This document shows positions 41,356-52,202 of a DNA stretch of 64,000 bases, piece by piece. The stretch covers positions 480,001-544,000 of the forward strand of contig JBCBUK010000001.1 of NCBI GenBank assembly GCA_039818205.1, written 5' to 3'. Positions within the stretch are counted from its first letter, which is position 1. Each line of letters opens with the position of its first letter. This DNA is from Verrucomicrobiota bacterium. Lineage in GTDB: Bacteria; Verrucomicrobiota; Verrucomicrobiia; Opitutales; Cerasicoccaceae. Both the position numbers and the translations under genes were made by a program. A model generated the notes under the pieces. That model had not been told where the DNA came from, did no database searches, and saw only the letters and a program-made list of their open reading frames with translations.

Positions 41356-42171
41356 ATGGCGAAACACCTTCCGTTTTGGTTGGGCTTTGCTGCGCTTACA
41401 TTTCTCCTCGGGTTCTACACCCGAGGAGTTATTGCGACTGCGCCGCAAACGCCAAGCCCTTTGGTAATTTCCGATCTACCAATTCCATCGACCTCCGATG
41501 ATCGAGAAGACACTCACGTTGAACGCCTAGAGGCCGAACTCGAAACCGAATCGGCGCTCGAGCCGATTGATTTGGTGATCTTTGACCCCGATAACCCGGT
41601 GGAACGGCTGCAGGCACTTGAAACCGTCCGATACGAACTGCCAGGCTCCGCGTTCAACCGACTCGTTCCCGACGCATTCGACGATGAACATCATATTTCC
41701 GCGGAAATGCGGGCACTGATGGATCTATCCGAAGAAGAAACTGAGCAGCTAAATGGAATGCTCGACCGGTCAATGATGGAGCTCCGTGCTATCGAAGAAG
41801 CTCAGGTTGTCGCAAGAGTCGGAAAAAATGGCGAGCTTACGTTCACAATTCCTCCCTATCCAGACCAAGGGCTCAAAGTTCGGGCGGCACTTTTGCGGAA
41901 CATCGAATCAGGCCTGGGCGAATCACGCCGACACTTATTCGAAATGATGCTCATTCAAAAACCGTCTTCCTTTGGTAACTTCGGCAAGGACACCATCGCA
42001 GTCCGAAATCCAACCTTTGAAACCGTCAACGGCTGGCGCGAAATCGTTACGATCCAAGTCGGCAAAATGGTCGACATTGGCACCGAAGACGAGCGCTTCG
42101 AAGGCGTCGAACGCGCATTTCTACCAGCCGCATTCCAAAAACGCTACGGACATTTCTTCGACTTCGAATAA
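41356..42171 (+). CDS. Hypothetical protein with N-terminal membrane anchor
   Basis: 271-aa ORF 15 bp after the beta-helix gene; hydrophobic N-terminus and Pro-rich linker; no family recognised. Confidence 0.7.
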   Translation: MAKHLPFWLGFAALTFLLGFYTRGVIATAPQTPSPLVISDLPIPSTSDDREDTHVERLEAELETESALEPIDLVIFDPDNPVERLQALETVRYELPGSAFNRLVPDAFDDEHHISAEMRALMDLSEEETEQLNGMLDRSMMELRAIEEAQVVARVGKNGELTFTIPPYPDQGLKVRAALLRNIESGLGESRRHLFEMMLIQKPSSFGNFGKDTIAVRNPTFETVNGWREIVTIQVGKMVDIGTEDERFEGVERAFLPAAFQKRYGHFFDFE

Positions 42172-42218
42172 ACCAAAAACAACCAAGAGACTGGAAAAAG
42201 CGGTTAGGCGATTCGCAC

Positions 42219-43055
42219 TTACCGAGGCGGAGCCTCATAGACGGCATCTTTGAAGTCGTCACGATCTTCCATCTTGATCTTCACGACATCGTCATCAGAG
42301 ATGTTTGTAACTTGAACTGCATCGTCAGGAATCGCAAATGAGCGATATGTCACCCGCTCCGGATTCCGGGAGTCCTGGAACACGATGATCAAATGTCGAC
42401 CATCCCGCTTTACTGCATAGCGCTTTTTTTCAATAACGTAGCTTTCTTCATTATTGAAACCAGCCATCGCAAACGGCACGAAAAAGCGCCGCGTGTCACC
42501 TGAAAACGAGTAGTCCTTCAAACTCATGGGAACGATATCTGCAATCGTTTCACCGACCATTGCCCGAACGGTCTGCTTACTGAAATTAATGATGCGAACC
42601 TTATTTTTCCCAAAATCATAACCACCGATGTCGACTGCCCGGGCGGAAAGGCGCCGCTGCGAATTCGGAGTCATAATAATCAGCTTGGTTCCAGGTTTGC
42701 CAAGGTCGACCCTTGCCATCGGTTGACGAACCATACCACCCTCGCCATCAGGAACCTCCTTAAAAAAGGTGAGGACACTTGAGCCATTGGAATAGGACAT
42801 GGCGCGCGATAGCTGATTCGGGTAAGCAGCCACTTGGTAGACCTCGTCGCCGTTCGTAGCGAACTTGAGATCAACACCAGAATCCAATACGCCGCTACCA
42901 ATATCGTTTTTCGCGAAATACAGGACATGAAAAATGTAGCGATCAGCTTTCTCGTCAGCAGAACCGCGATTTTGGGCCAACAGCCCCACAGACGGGGCTG
43001 TCAACGAAATGCAAACAAGCAATATAAAACCTATAGTCTTCTTCGAAAAGGACAT
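42219..43055 (-). CDS. Hypothetical secreted protein, probably co-transcribed with the PilX-like gene
   Basis: Signal peptide from ATG 43055 (alternative TTG 43076); beta-rich, VRIINFS motif. Confidence 0.7.
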   Translation of the reverse strand: MSFSKKTIGFILLVCISLTAPSVGLLAQNRGSADEKADRYIFHVLYFAKNDIGSGVLDSGVDLKFATNGDEVYQVAAYPNQLSRAMSYSNGSSVLTFFKEVPDGEGGMVRQPMARVDLGKPGTKLIIMTPNSQRRLSARAVDIGGYDFGKNKVRIINFSKQTVRAMVGETIADIVPMSLKDYSFSGDTRRFFVPFAMAGFNNEESYVIEKKRYAVKRDGRHLIIVFQDSRNPERVTYRSFAIPDDAVQVTNISDDDVVKIKMEDRDDFKDAVYEAPPR

Positions 43056-43082
43056 GAGAAATAGCGTGAGAGACAATCGTTA

Positions 43083-46000
43083 TTAAATTTCATTTTCGCT
43101 CAGCCAGCGAAACGATACCACTTCAAATTTTCGACCGAATTGTTCGTTTACTGCCGAAAAGTTAGCAGGATCGTCGAACGAACGGTTCGAAGGGTCAACG
43201 AAATCTGGTGAACGCTGAACAACCATCTCACAGTAGGCCTTGGCAGTTTCCTGCCCAGTGAGTGGATCCACTGCACTTCCAAAAGAACGAATCGTAAAAG
43301 TATCGCTTCGAGCGGTGAGAGCCGGCCCAATCTTCGCTAAGACATCCGCTTGAGTGAGTGATCCTGGCGCGCCGTCGATGAATGGACGGTTTCTTACGAC
43401 TTCGAGTGACTCACCATAGTAAGGAGCCGTTTCAGTGGGAAGGGGGGCAGTAATATAGTCAATATTCCAAAGGCCATCGCCGAGCTGGGTCCCCCATGTC
43501 TCATTCAGAGCCGGCCGTCCATTGATTTCCGATTGTTCGATCGCAAACTGCAAGGGACCGGTATAGGCAAACCGTCGGCGATCAGATTGAGATACGTCGG
43601 AAGCATCAATTGACCGGTTCACGAATGCTCCCAAAGACAGAAATGGATAGCCTCGGGCAGCTGAACGGGTCTTGATTTCATCGACAATCGAATTTGCTAA
43701 CGCGGTGATCTGATTATCGGAAAGATTTCGATATCCAGCCACCAAGGAATCAATTCCAGCGTCGTTATAGTCAGGCTTTTCACCCGTCGATGAGAGCTTT
43801 GGTGCGGCAAACCGCGCAAAATTATGTCGAAGGTCTTGAGATACGGAAGCCTGTCCCAACGTTTGAACGTCACGAAGTGCTCCAAGAATAGACTCCCATG
43901 CAGCGACTGAAGTAGAATTCACATTGAAACCACCTTCCAAATACAAATTGGCAGCGGCTCGGGTATTGTCTAACAGGTCGCCAGTGGTCACCGAGTTGTT
44001 CTTCTTAATCATCCGTCCGTTCGGAAGCGGGAAAGAAACACCGGGATTCAATGACGGGATGATCGATGACATAAAAAACTCATCCCAAAGAGCCTCATTC
44101 AAGAGATAGGAGTAGTCGTAGTGAGCTCCATTGTAGTTATTGGGCATACCACGCGGACCACCATTGAAGAATCCGGATGTGTCATTAATCGCTAGACTGG
44201 TCTCAGTCAGCGGAAGGTGGATGTTCGCGATCGAATTACCAATTGCATAGGTCGGCATGGTAAACGGTTGCTGCATGTTAGAATACCAGGAATTACCGTC
44301 TAACGAATGGCCCACGCGATCGACATTCATCAGATTTGCGTGCATGAACTGGCCAATTCCGACAGGGGGCCGAGTTGGGGCCTGGAACAAGATCATTTGG
44401 TCACTACCTTGTTCGGCACCGTCATCGTGTCCGAGACCAACATAGGCGACACCACTGTCGACACCACCAAGGTAATTACTTGTCTGCGTATTCGAGCTAT
44501 CCCACCACGCGGTTGGATTTGTTCCGTAAAGGCGATAAATAAACGTTCTTCCAGAATTCGGGAGACCACGCATCGAACGGACATGGGCCTGATCAGTGAC
44601 GTACGGAGCTCGCGGATTCATCTGTGACAACAAATGAACGGTTTGCTCGTTCCAATAATCATATTCAGGTCCTTCGGTGTTCGCGAATTTCATTCGCAAA
44701 CCGGTCCCGATAAGCGTGGTAGCCCACGACTCAACAATATTCAGATCGACGTCAGAAATGCCAGTGTTGCCTTCAGTCGCAGAAGAACCGGCGGGAAAAA
44801 CAAAATCATTAAATGAAGTGAAACCGCTGTCCAGCTCACGAATATCAACTACCCGAGGAGCTTTACTGGTGCGATAATACACTCCTGGCCCAGCGCCAAT
44901 AACCGCCAAAAAGCGAAGGTCAGGATTGGCATCATCCTCGAACGGAGCTGAATAAAGATTAGTGACCTGCAAGTCGACATTTGCGTGAGGCGCGAATGCA
45001 ATCCGCGATTTTGAATTTGGATCAGCCTCATTAAACTTGAACGGAATAGTTGTCGTATCAACCCCAGCTGAACCAGCTGCCGGAGTCTTGGGTGGAATGT
45101 TTCGTGGCTGGCTGAAAAATCCAGTAACCAATGACCCACCGGCACCCTCGCTCAAGACATTATTGGTGTAATCACCGAAATCCATGAATGAGTTCACCGA
45201 TGGCGTGTATGTCCGAGCCTCGCCCGCTGGAATGACTCCTCCTTGAATGCGGAAGCCAATCATGTTGCGGTTCTGATCTTGCGGGTGTGTGAAATGAGAA
45301 CCCCACTTATTGATCAAGTCGGCTAGGTTATCATCGCCGGGATTATTGATATTTGGAGCTTGGCCATTAAGTCCACGATGATCTACGAGAAATACTCCCC
45401 GCATATCTGTCTCGAGTCCCAGATCAGGGATCGTCATGTCCTCGTCGTAGGGATTCCATAGAGTGATGAGAGGAAAAATTCCAACGGAGTACTGATAGTC
45501 GATCGCCAGATCTTCGGTTTGGCTAGATACTACACTCTTACGATCAGCAAATACTTGAACGATAAAGTGAAATCGGGTCATGATTGGAGCAATGGCGTTC
45601 GTATCATTATCCTGCAGCTCGAAATTTATGCCAGTGCCAGGATTTCCTGCTACCGACTCCTGGTAGAAGTCGGCCAACTGTTCCCATGTCGGTCCACCAG
45701 GGTCGCCATCTTGCACACCACCACCGGTAATGGCAGGAAAAATGGGTCCAGTAAGATCGTTTGGTAAGACTTCCAAGGCAGTTGAAAGGTCACGTTTGAT
45801 GCCTCCATCTTTGACATTCGTCAGCACCGATTTGGAATCGACCGTGAACTCGTGGAAAAACTCGCGTTGAAGATCCGCCTTATCATTATCTTCTGTAAGG
45901 AGAGAAATCGATTCATTGTCTGCTACACTAACAACCGGGGTCGATTCATTTCTCCAAAGTGAAACAGCTGCCGAATTGCCCGGAGAAAAGCGGCGGTTTC

Positions 46001-46781
46001 CATCCTCATCAACGGTAACCGAGGGGTCAGCAAACTGGGCGATTGAAGCGTCGTAATATCGAAGATTGTCCGCAGACGCTCCTTGGTAAGGACTATCCAT
46101 GTTGACGCGTGCTTTTACACCGTCGTCACTAACCCAGTATGCATAATAACCGCTCAGGAAATTCTCGGCGTCGCGAATTTCAACGCGAGGCGCCTGAACA
46201 GTCTCTTCCGGACGATTCACAGAAACGTCCTCGGTTGCTAGCGCAACCCTATCTGCGGCGACATTATTAACGTCGGGGTTTTCTCCACTCACTAGCCACT
46301 GGACGTTATTATTATCCAAACCTACCAGAACATCAGTCGCGTCGTTAAGCGGATTTCCAGATTGGTCCAGCTTTGACGACCAAACACCGGTCCAATGCGC
46401 TTGCCCTTGAGTGATGTTCACGGTTGGACCACCCGGATCAAAAATCACGTCTGCCCGAGCGGTAACTCGCTGGTCGGGGCCGGCTAGCTCTTGCAGTTGG
46501 GCGAGCGCCGTCATGGCTCCCATGCGGGCATTCATTTTCGCTTGCTCTTCGGCTTTGGAAATCGTCGCTGTTGCGGTCTCGACTTTCACCATTGTTACGA
46601 GGCTCAAGACGAGGAGAACGATGAAAGCCATCAATCCAAGGGCGATCACAAGGGCGAAGCCACCTTCGGACCGACTGCGCGGCGCTCGAAAGCCGCCACG
46701 GTTACCGTCAACACCGATGGACCCAGATCGTAGAGGGATGGCTGATCCAAGGGTGTGCGGGGGTAAATTACTAGTTTTCAT
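43083..46781 (-). CDS. Giant PilX/GspK-type minor pilin-like protein (Verru_Chthon cassette protein A-like)
   Basis: G|FALVIALGLMAFIVLLVLSL prepilin-like segment without Glu+5; GPDQRVTARA, YAYWVSDDGVKA, GGFNVNSTSVAAW, LTARSDTFTIRSFG, FGRKFEVVSFRWL. Confidence 0.75.
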   Translation of the reverse strand: MKTSNLPPHTLGSAIPLRSGSIGVDGNRGGFRAPRSRSEGGFALVIALGLMAFIVLLVLSLVTMVKVETATATISKAEEQAKMNARMGAMTALAQLQELAGPDQRVTARADVIFDPGGPTVNITQGQAHWTGVWSSKLDQSGNPLNDATDVLVGLDNNNVQWLVSGENPDVNNVAADRVALATEDVSVNRPEETVQAPRVEIRDAENFLSGYYAYWVSDDGVKARVNMDSPYQGASADNLRYYDASIAQFADPSVTVDEDGNRRFSPGNSAAVSLWRNESTPVVSVADNESISLLTEDNDKADLQREFFHEFTVDSKSVLTNVKDGGIKRDLSTALEVLPNDLTGPIFPAITGGGVQDGDPGGPTWEQLADFYQESVAGNPGTGINFELQDNDTNAIAPIMTRFHFIVQVFADRKSVVSSQTEDLAIDYQYSVGIFPLITLWNPYDEDMTIPDLGLETDMRGVFLVDHRGLNGQAPNINNPGDDNLADLINKWGSHFTHPQDQNRNMIGFRIQGGVIPAGEARTYTPSVNSFMDFGDYTNNVLSEGAGGSLVTGFFSQPRNIPPKTPAAGSAGVDTTTIPFKFNEADPNSKSRIAFAPHANVDLQVTNLYSAPFEDDANPDLRFLAVIGAGPGVYYRTSKAPRVVDIRELDSGFTSFNDFVFPAGSSATEGNTGISDVDLNIVESWATTLIGTGLRMKFANTEGPEYDYWNEQTVHLLSQMNPRAPYVTDQAHVRSMRGLPNSGRTFIYRLYGTNPTAWWDSSNTQTSNYLGGVDSGVAYVGLGHDDGAEQGSDQMILFQAPTRPPVGIGQFMHANLMNVDRVGHSLDGNSWYSNMQQPFTMPTYAIGNSIANIHLPLTETSLAINDTSGFFNGGPRGMPNNYNGAHYDYSYLLNEALWDEFFMSSIIPSLNPGVSFPLPNGRMIKKNNSVTTGDLLDNTRAAANLYLEGGFNVNSTSVAAWESILGALRDVQTLGQASVSQDLRHNFARFAAPKLSSTGEKPDYNDAGIDSLVAGYRNLSDNQITALANSIVDEIKTRSAARGYPFLSLGAFVNRSIDASDVSQSDRRRFAYTGPLQFAIEQSEINGRPALNETWGTQLGDGLWNIDYITAPLPTETAPYYGESLEVVRNRPFIDGAPGSLTQADVLAKIGPALTARSDTFTIRSFGSAVDPLTGQETAKAYCEMVVQRSPDFVDPSNRSFDDPANFSAVNEQFGRKFEVVSFRWLSENEI

Positions 46782-47351
46782 GATACTTCAAACAACAGAT
46801 TAATGTCTGAGCGCTCGGTTGCGCGTCCAAAGACTAACTAATTGAGACAAACATACGGATGAATCGGATTCAACTCATTTTCTAGATATCGCATTACGGT
46901 TATTTATGCACCCTAGAATAGCCGGTTGATGGCTCTTTCCAGGGGTCAGATACCGCCAAATGCTGCTAGAATCGGGGCTAAAATATCGCAATTCATTGAT
47001 ATACAATTGATACTCAATTTTCAGATAATGTCTAGCGGGTAGCACTGTTTCATAGCCTCTTTCGGCTTGAAAACCTCCGTTGTTCAGAATCCGCACATCT
47101 GCTACTTATTCCCGCATCTACTGACAATTTTTGTGGACAAATTGACGGATTACACGCGTAACTAAGTGGATCACCCCTGAATACGATCTTCGCCAAGTGG
47201 GAACAAAATCGGCGTCAAATAGCTCCATATCATATACTTGAATAGACAAGTTGTGGCGGGACGATTGACAATTGCCGCACCAGACAAAACACCTCAAGAA
47301 GCTAACTTGTTTAATATTAAAAACTTACATTCCACACAGTCGAAATTTGGC

Positions 47352-48869
47352 ATGAAACTAATTCGCACCCTGACAATAGCCGCACTGGCGAGCGCCGCTT
47401 CACTGGCCTTCGGAGACCGCCCCAATATCGTCCTTATTATGGCCGACGACTTCGGTCCGGGCGACGTTGGTCGCCAACACCAAGAGCGCACGGGAAACCC
47501 AGCCCTTTCGCCCACACCAACGCTCGATGCTCTCGCTGACGCTGGCATGTGGTTTGACGATGCCCATTCCCCGACCTCGCTCTGTTCTCCGAGTCGCTAC
47601 GCTATGATGACCGGCAACTACAACTATCGCAGCTACGCTCCGTGGGGCGTTTGGGGCACCTTCCGCCCAACCGCGATTACCGAGAATGACGCAACGCTGG
47701 GGCGAGTCGCACAAGAAGAGGGTTATTATACTGGCTTTGTCGGCAAATGGCACCTTGGCGGAGATTTCTACCAGAAAGGCTCCACAAAATTTTACCGCGG
47801 GGACGACCGGGGCGACACGCCACTCAATGTCGACATGAGCAAGTGGATTGCGAATGGCCCCCAGGACATGGGCTTTGACTATGACTACACCCTGCCAACC
47901 GGCGTTCAAGGCCCGGTTTATGTAGCATTCGAGAATGGCGTTTGGGCTCCGCTGAACGAGAAATCCGAACTGATCCACTACGACAAGCACTCGGCCAAAG
48001 ACCCGTTCTTTGTTTCGGACAAAGGACCAGGAACCGGAGACTCAGAGTGGGATGCCTACAAATTGCCCGAGATTCTGGCCGAGAAAGCTGTTGGCTTCAT
48101 CGACCGCGCATCGAAGAAGCAACCGTTCTTCCTGTGCTATTGGTCACCGGCGGTTCACATTCCGCACACACCACCCAAGATGTTGGACGGAAAGAAGATC
48201 CGCGGAACGACCCCAACCCACCACACTGATATGAACCGCGTGCTGGACTGGGAGGTCGAACAAATCGTCGATGCTTTGAAAGCCAATGGCGTCTATGATA
48301 ATACGCTCATTATATTCACTTCGGACAATGGTGGTCTCTCAGACGTCAAGGCTGCCAAGGCGGGTCACCTCTCCAACGGCGGTCTGGTGCGTGGAACTAA
48401 GAACCACGCCCATGAAGGCGGCCATTTGGTGCCACTGATCGTCGTCTGGCCAGGTGTCGTTGAAGCAAATTCGCGCAGCGATGTTTTGGTGAACGGCACC
48501 GACTTCCTTGCCACCATCGCCGAGATGACTGGCCATCACCTCACGGAGGACCAAGCAAAAGATTCCCACAGCTTCCTCAAGCTACTGAAGGGTGACCATT
48601 CATTCCAGCCGCGCGCCGAGCTCATGCATCAGGCGGGCAGCATGAACGAGTTAATGTTTCGCCAGGGAGACTGGAAGTTGATCATGCAATCGGATCACCA
48701 ATTGACGAAAATGGATCCCGTTGCCCTATTCAATTTGGCTGACAATCCGATTGAGGATGAGTCCAAGAACCTCATCAACAATCCGGAATATGCCGCCAAG
48801 GTGAAAGCGATGAAAGACCACTATGTGGCCGTTCGCGAATCACCCGACCGGACTGCTCCGCTTCCCTAA
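47352..48869 (+). CDS. S1 sulfatase (paralog of 20161-21666)
   Basis: [32 protein letters not shown]; signal peptide from ATG 47352. Confidence 0.93.
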   Translation: MKLIRTLTIAALASAASLAFGDRPNIVLIMADDFGPGDVGRQHQERTGNPALSPTPTLDALADAGMWFDDAHSPTSLCSPSRYAMMTGNYNYRSYAPWGVWGTFRPTAITENDATLGRVAQEEGYYTGFVGKWHLGGDFYQKGSTKFYRGDDRGDTPLNVDMSKWIANGPQDMGFDYDYTLPTGVQGPVYVAFENGVWAPLNEKSELIHYDKHSAKDPFFVSDKGPGTGDSEWDAYKLPEILAEKAVGFIDRASKKQPFFLCYWSPAVHIPHTPPKMLDGKKIRGTTPTHHTDMNRVLDWEVEQIVDALKANGVYDNTLIIFTSDNGGLSDVKAAKAGHLSNGGLVRGTKNHAHEGGHLVPLIVVWPGVVEANSRSDVLVNGTDFLATIAEMTGHHLTEDQAKDSHSFLKLLKGDHSFQPRAELMHQAGSMNELMFRQGDWKLIMQSDHQLTKMDPVALFNLADNPIEDESKNLINNPEYAAKVKAMKDHYVAVRESPDRTAPLP

Positions 48870-48881
48870 GTTTTTTGTCAT

Positions 48882-48914
48882 GCGCCACCTGAGAAACCGG
48901 GTGGCGCTTTCTTT
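48882..48914 (+). terminator. Rho-independent terminator
   Basis: Stem GCGCCACC (48882-48889) pairs with GGTGGCGC (48900-48907), followed by TTTCTTT; 12 bp after the stop. Confidence 0.7.
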
Positions 48915-49066
48915 CCTTAGGGAACTCGCTTGCGCAGCAACCGCCGCATTATCCAAAGATAGTTTGCGACAGCTGCTTGCGAGGGTCCTAAAATTTATCC
49001 CCCACGATACAAACGACGACACCCGAGAAACATTTCAACCGAATATCCAAAACCTCATTTGGTAGT

Positions 49067-50743
49067 ATGAACTTACGATACACTGTTGTTTCCTCGGTCC
49101 TAACCCTGGCTAACCTTTTCAACACCGCGACAGCACAAAACGCAAGCAGCAGCGAATCCCTGCCGCCACCCAACATCATTTTCATCCTGACCGACGACCA
49201 GCGGGCGGATTCCGTTGGCTTCATGGGCAATGACATCGTTGAGACGCCAAACCTCGATCGTCTGGCCGAAGCGGGACACGTTTTCGAGAACGCCTACGTC
49301 ACCTCGGCGATTTGCACGCCCAGTCGCGCTTGTTATATGCTCGGTCAGTTTGAGCGGAAACACGGGCTGAACTTTAACTCGGGCACATCGATCTCTCCGG
49401 AAGCATGGGCCAAATCCTATCCGGTGATTCTTCGGGACAACGGGTATTTTACGGGCTACGTGGGCAAAAACCACCTGCCGATCGGCGATCAGGGATACTA
49501 CACTGGTATCATGGAGGACAGCTTCGACTTTTGGTACGCTGGCCACCACCACATTGGATTCTACCCGAAAGACAAACACGCGATTTTTGACAACGCCGAT
49601 AGTGACACTCAAGCCGAGATCATTACCGAGAGCGCCCTCGCCTTCCTCGACCCAGATTCGAACGAAGCGTTCCTCAATGAAGCAGAAAGCTTCCTCGCCA
49701 AGCGGCCAAAAGATAAGCCATTTTGCCTCTCAATCTGCTTGAACCTCCCGCATGGCTTCAGTGTCAACAAGATGGAGCAGCGCCCAACCGACGCGGACAT
49801 CTACCGAACCGCCTATCGAGACCAGCAAGAGATGCTGCCGCTAGCGCCCCACTATGTCTCCCGGGCAGATATTCAGGATCCGAAACTCCCGGCAGACGTA
49901 TTGCTCACCCAGATTCGCCAGGAGATTTATGACTGGGTTGATACACCCGCTTCGGCTCGCGACTACATGGTCCGCACCATGCAGGCGATCACCGGCATCG
50001 ACCGCATGGTCGGAGAACTCCGCACTATTCTTGAGAAACAAGGATTAGCCGACAACACCGTGATCATATTTAGCTCCGACCACGGACTACTGTTTGGCGA
50101 GCATGGCCTCGGGGGAAAGTCGCTGTGCTATGAAACCACACTGCACGTGCCCTTCATCATCTATGATCCGCGCCTTCCCGAGGCTGACCGTTTGAGCGAC
50201 CTCGTCTTGTCGATCGACGTTGCCCCAACCATCTTGAGCCTAGCGGGCATCAATATTCCGGAGTCCATGCAAGGCGCTGATATCACTCCGCTACTTCGCG
50301 GTGAAGATGTCGAGTGGCGGGACGCTGCATTTGGCGAAAATCTTTGGTCAAATATCTTCGGCAATCCGCGATGCGAAACAGTCCGCACCGACGAGTACCG
50401 TTATATTCGTTACTTCGCGAATGACAATCTCGAGAAACGGAAGAACACGCCGCCCGAAAAGCTCTATGTCGTCGGTGATGATATGGCGAACGACTACCAC
50501 AACTTTTTAACCGCCTCGATCAAGGGCGAGCAACCGGTCTATGAGGAGCTTTTCCATACCTCCGAGGACCCCTACGAAGCCGTAAATCTCGCCGATGACC
50601 CCGCCTACGCGGATGTTCTCGAGGATTTGCGAGCCAAGTGCGCTACCCTGGTTGCTGAGGCGAAAGGCGATGTTGATACGGAGCCGTCAACCATTCGGAT
50701 TGAACCCAAATGGACCCGAACAAGCTACCGCAATCAGCGTTAA
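49067..50743 (+). CDS. S1 sulfatase
   Basis: PNIIFILTDDQR, ICTPSRA, GKNH, SSDHG, GKSLCYE; signal peptide. Confidence 0.93.
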   Translation: MNLRYTVVSSVLTLANLFNTATAQNASSSESLPPPNIIFILTDDQRADSVGFMGNDIVETPNLDRLAEAGHVFENAYVTSAICTPSRACYMLGQFERKHGLNFNSGTSISPEAWAKSYPVILRDNGYFTGYVGKNHLPIGDQGYYTGIMEDSFDFWYAGHHHIGFYPKDKHAIFDNADSDTQAEIITESALAFLDPDSNEAFLNEAESFLAKRPKDKPFCLSICLNLPHGFSVNKMEQRPTDADIYRTAYRDQQEMLPLAPHYVSRADIQDPKLPADVLLTQIRQEIYDWVDTPASARDYMVRTMQAITGIDRMVGELRTILEKQGLADNTVIIFSSDHGLLFGEHGLGGKSLCYETTLHVPFIIYDPRLPEADRLSDLVLSIDVAPTILSLAGINIPESMQGADITPLLRGEDVEWRDAAFGENLWSNIFGNPRCETVRTDEYRYIRYFANDNLEKRKNTPPEKLYVVGDDMANDYHNFLTASIKGEQPVYEELFHTSEDPYEAVNLADDPAYADVLEDLRAKCATLVAEAKGDVDTEPSTIRIEPKWTRTSYRNQR

Positions 50744-50816
50744 GCACACTCTAAGCAACCCGTCCACCTAAGGGGATGCCGCCCTCGGCCATCATCCAGT
50801 TTCAAAAGCACTCAGC

Positions 50817-52202
50817 CTAGTGGCTGGGTGCTTTTTCATTATCATCGGATTCTTCCGAAGTGGTGTCTCGATCCGTTTTCAAGAAGCGCGAGTTTTCGAC
50901 GTCCTCCGCTTTCACTTGGCCAGTTTGAACCGGTAGCCAAAGCGAAACTTTCGGCATATAAGTCACAATCATTAGGGAGACGAACATCGCTCCAAAAAAC
51001 GGCAGCATAGTCTTGGTAACTTTGGCGATCGTCGTATTGCCGACACCACAGCCGATAAACAGGCAAGTACCAACCGGAGGCGTACAAAGCCCGATGCAGA
51101 GATTGGCAATCATCATGATCCCAAAGTGAACCTCGTGCATCCCCAGAGAAACTGCTACTGGCAAAAATATCGGTGTAAAGATCAGCACCGCAGGCGTCAT
51201 ATCCATAAACGTCCCGACCACCAAGAGCAGTAAGTTAATCGTCAGCAAAATAATAATCGGGTTGTCCGACATGGCGAGCAAGGCAGCGCTGACCGATTGC
51301 GGGATATTTGCCATGGTCATAATCCAACTCATTCCCGAGCTCGCCCCGATCAACAGCATGATGACTGCCGTTGTGACGCCAGTTGCCAGCAGAATCTCGG
51401 GTAACGTTGAAAAGGAAATTTCCCGATAGACAAACACGGTCAAAACAAACGCATACACCACTGAAATGGCGGCTGCTTCGGTCGCGGTAAAAATTCCTGC
51501 GAGGATACCGCCGATAACCACAACGATCAAAAAGAGACTGAGGAAGGCGTGACGAAAGCTCGTTAAGATATGCGTGAACGAAGAGCGGGCTTCTCGGGGG
51601 TAGCGATGCTTCAGCGCAAAGCCACCGCAAACCAGCATAATAAATAGCCCAGCAAGCAGGCCCGGGATGATTCCCGCCATAAACATCGCCGCAATTGAGA
51701 CTGATCCAGCCGCGACCGAATACACGATCATGATGTTACTCGGCGGAATCAGCAAGCCGGTCGTGGCGGCCGTTGTGGTGACGGCGACATTGAATTCTCG
51801 ATTGTATCCCTTTCGGTTCATTTCGGGGATCATGAAGCCACCAACCGAAGACACTGCCGCCGCAGCCGATCCAGAGATAGAACCAAACAGCATACATGTC
51901 AGTGTGTTGACATAAGCTAGTCCGCCAGGAAGAAAGCCGACCAAGGCCCCGGCAAAATCAATTAAGCGCCGCGCCATACCACCCCTGCCCATCAAGTGGC
52001 CCGAAAAGATAAAAAATGGAATCGCCAGCAACGCGAAGCTATTGACCCCGTTGGCCATCTTAGAAGCGATTACCACGGAGGGGTCAGATCCCTCGACTAA
52101 GATCGCGGCAAAGGTCGCAAGAGAAATCGCAACCGCAATGGGGACATTCATCACTAATAGAATGACGAATACCGAGACTAGAGTAAGGGCAACAATCTCC
52201 AC
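50817..52202 (-). CDS. dctM: TRAP transporter large permease DctM
   Basis: LLAIPFF, FGSISGSA, LIPPS, FTATEAA, TPPVG. Confidence 0.93.
   Translation of the reverse strand: MEIVALTLVSVFVILLVMNVPIAVAISLATFAAILVEGSDPSVVIASKMANGVNSFALLAIPFFIFSGHLMGRGGMARRLIDFAGALVGFLPGGLAYVNTLTCMLFGSISGSAAAAVSSVGGFMIPEMNRKGYNREFNVAVTTTAATTGLLIPPSNIMIVYSVAAGSVSIAAMFMAGIIPGLLAGLFIMLVCGGFALKHRYPREARSSFTHILTSFRHAFLSLFLIVVVIGGILAGIFTATEAAAISVVYAFVLTVFVYREISFSTLPEILLATGVTTAVIMLLIGASSGMSWIMTMANIPQSVSAALLAMSDNPIIILLTINLLLLVVGTFMDMTPAVLIFTPIFLPVAVSLGMHEVHFGIMMIANLCIGLCTPPVGTCLFIGCGVGNTTIAKVTKTMLPFFGAMFVSLMIVTYMPKVSLWLPVQTGQVKAEDVENSRFLKTDRDTTSEESDDNEKAPSH

Noticed and set aside
47265..47270. TTGACA upstream of the sulfatase at 47352
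   Set aside because: No matching -10 hexamer at 16-18 bp spacing.
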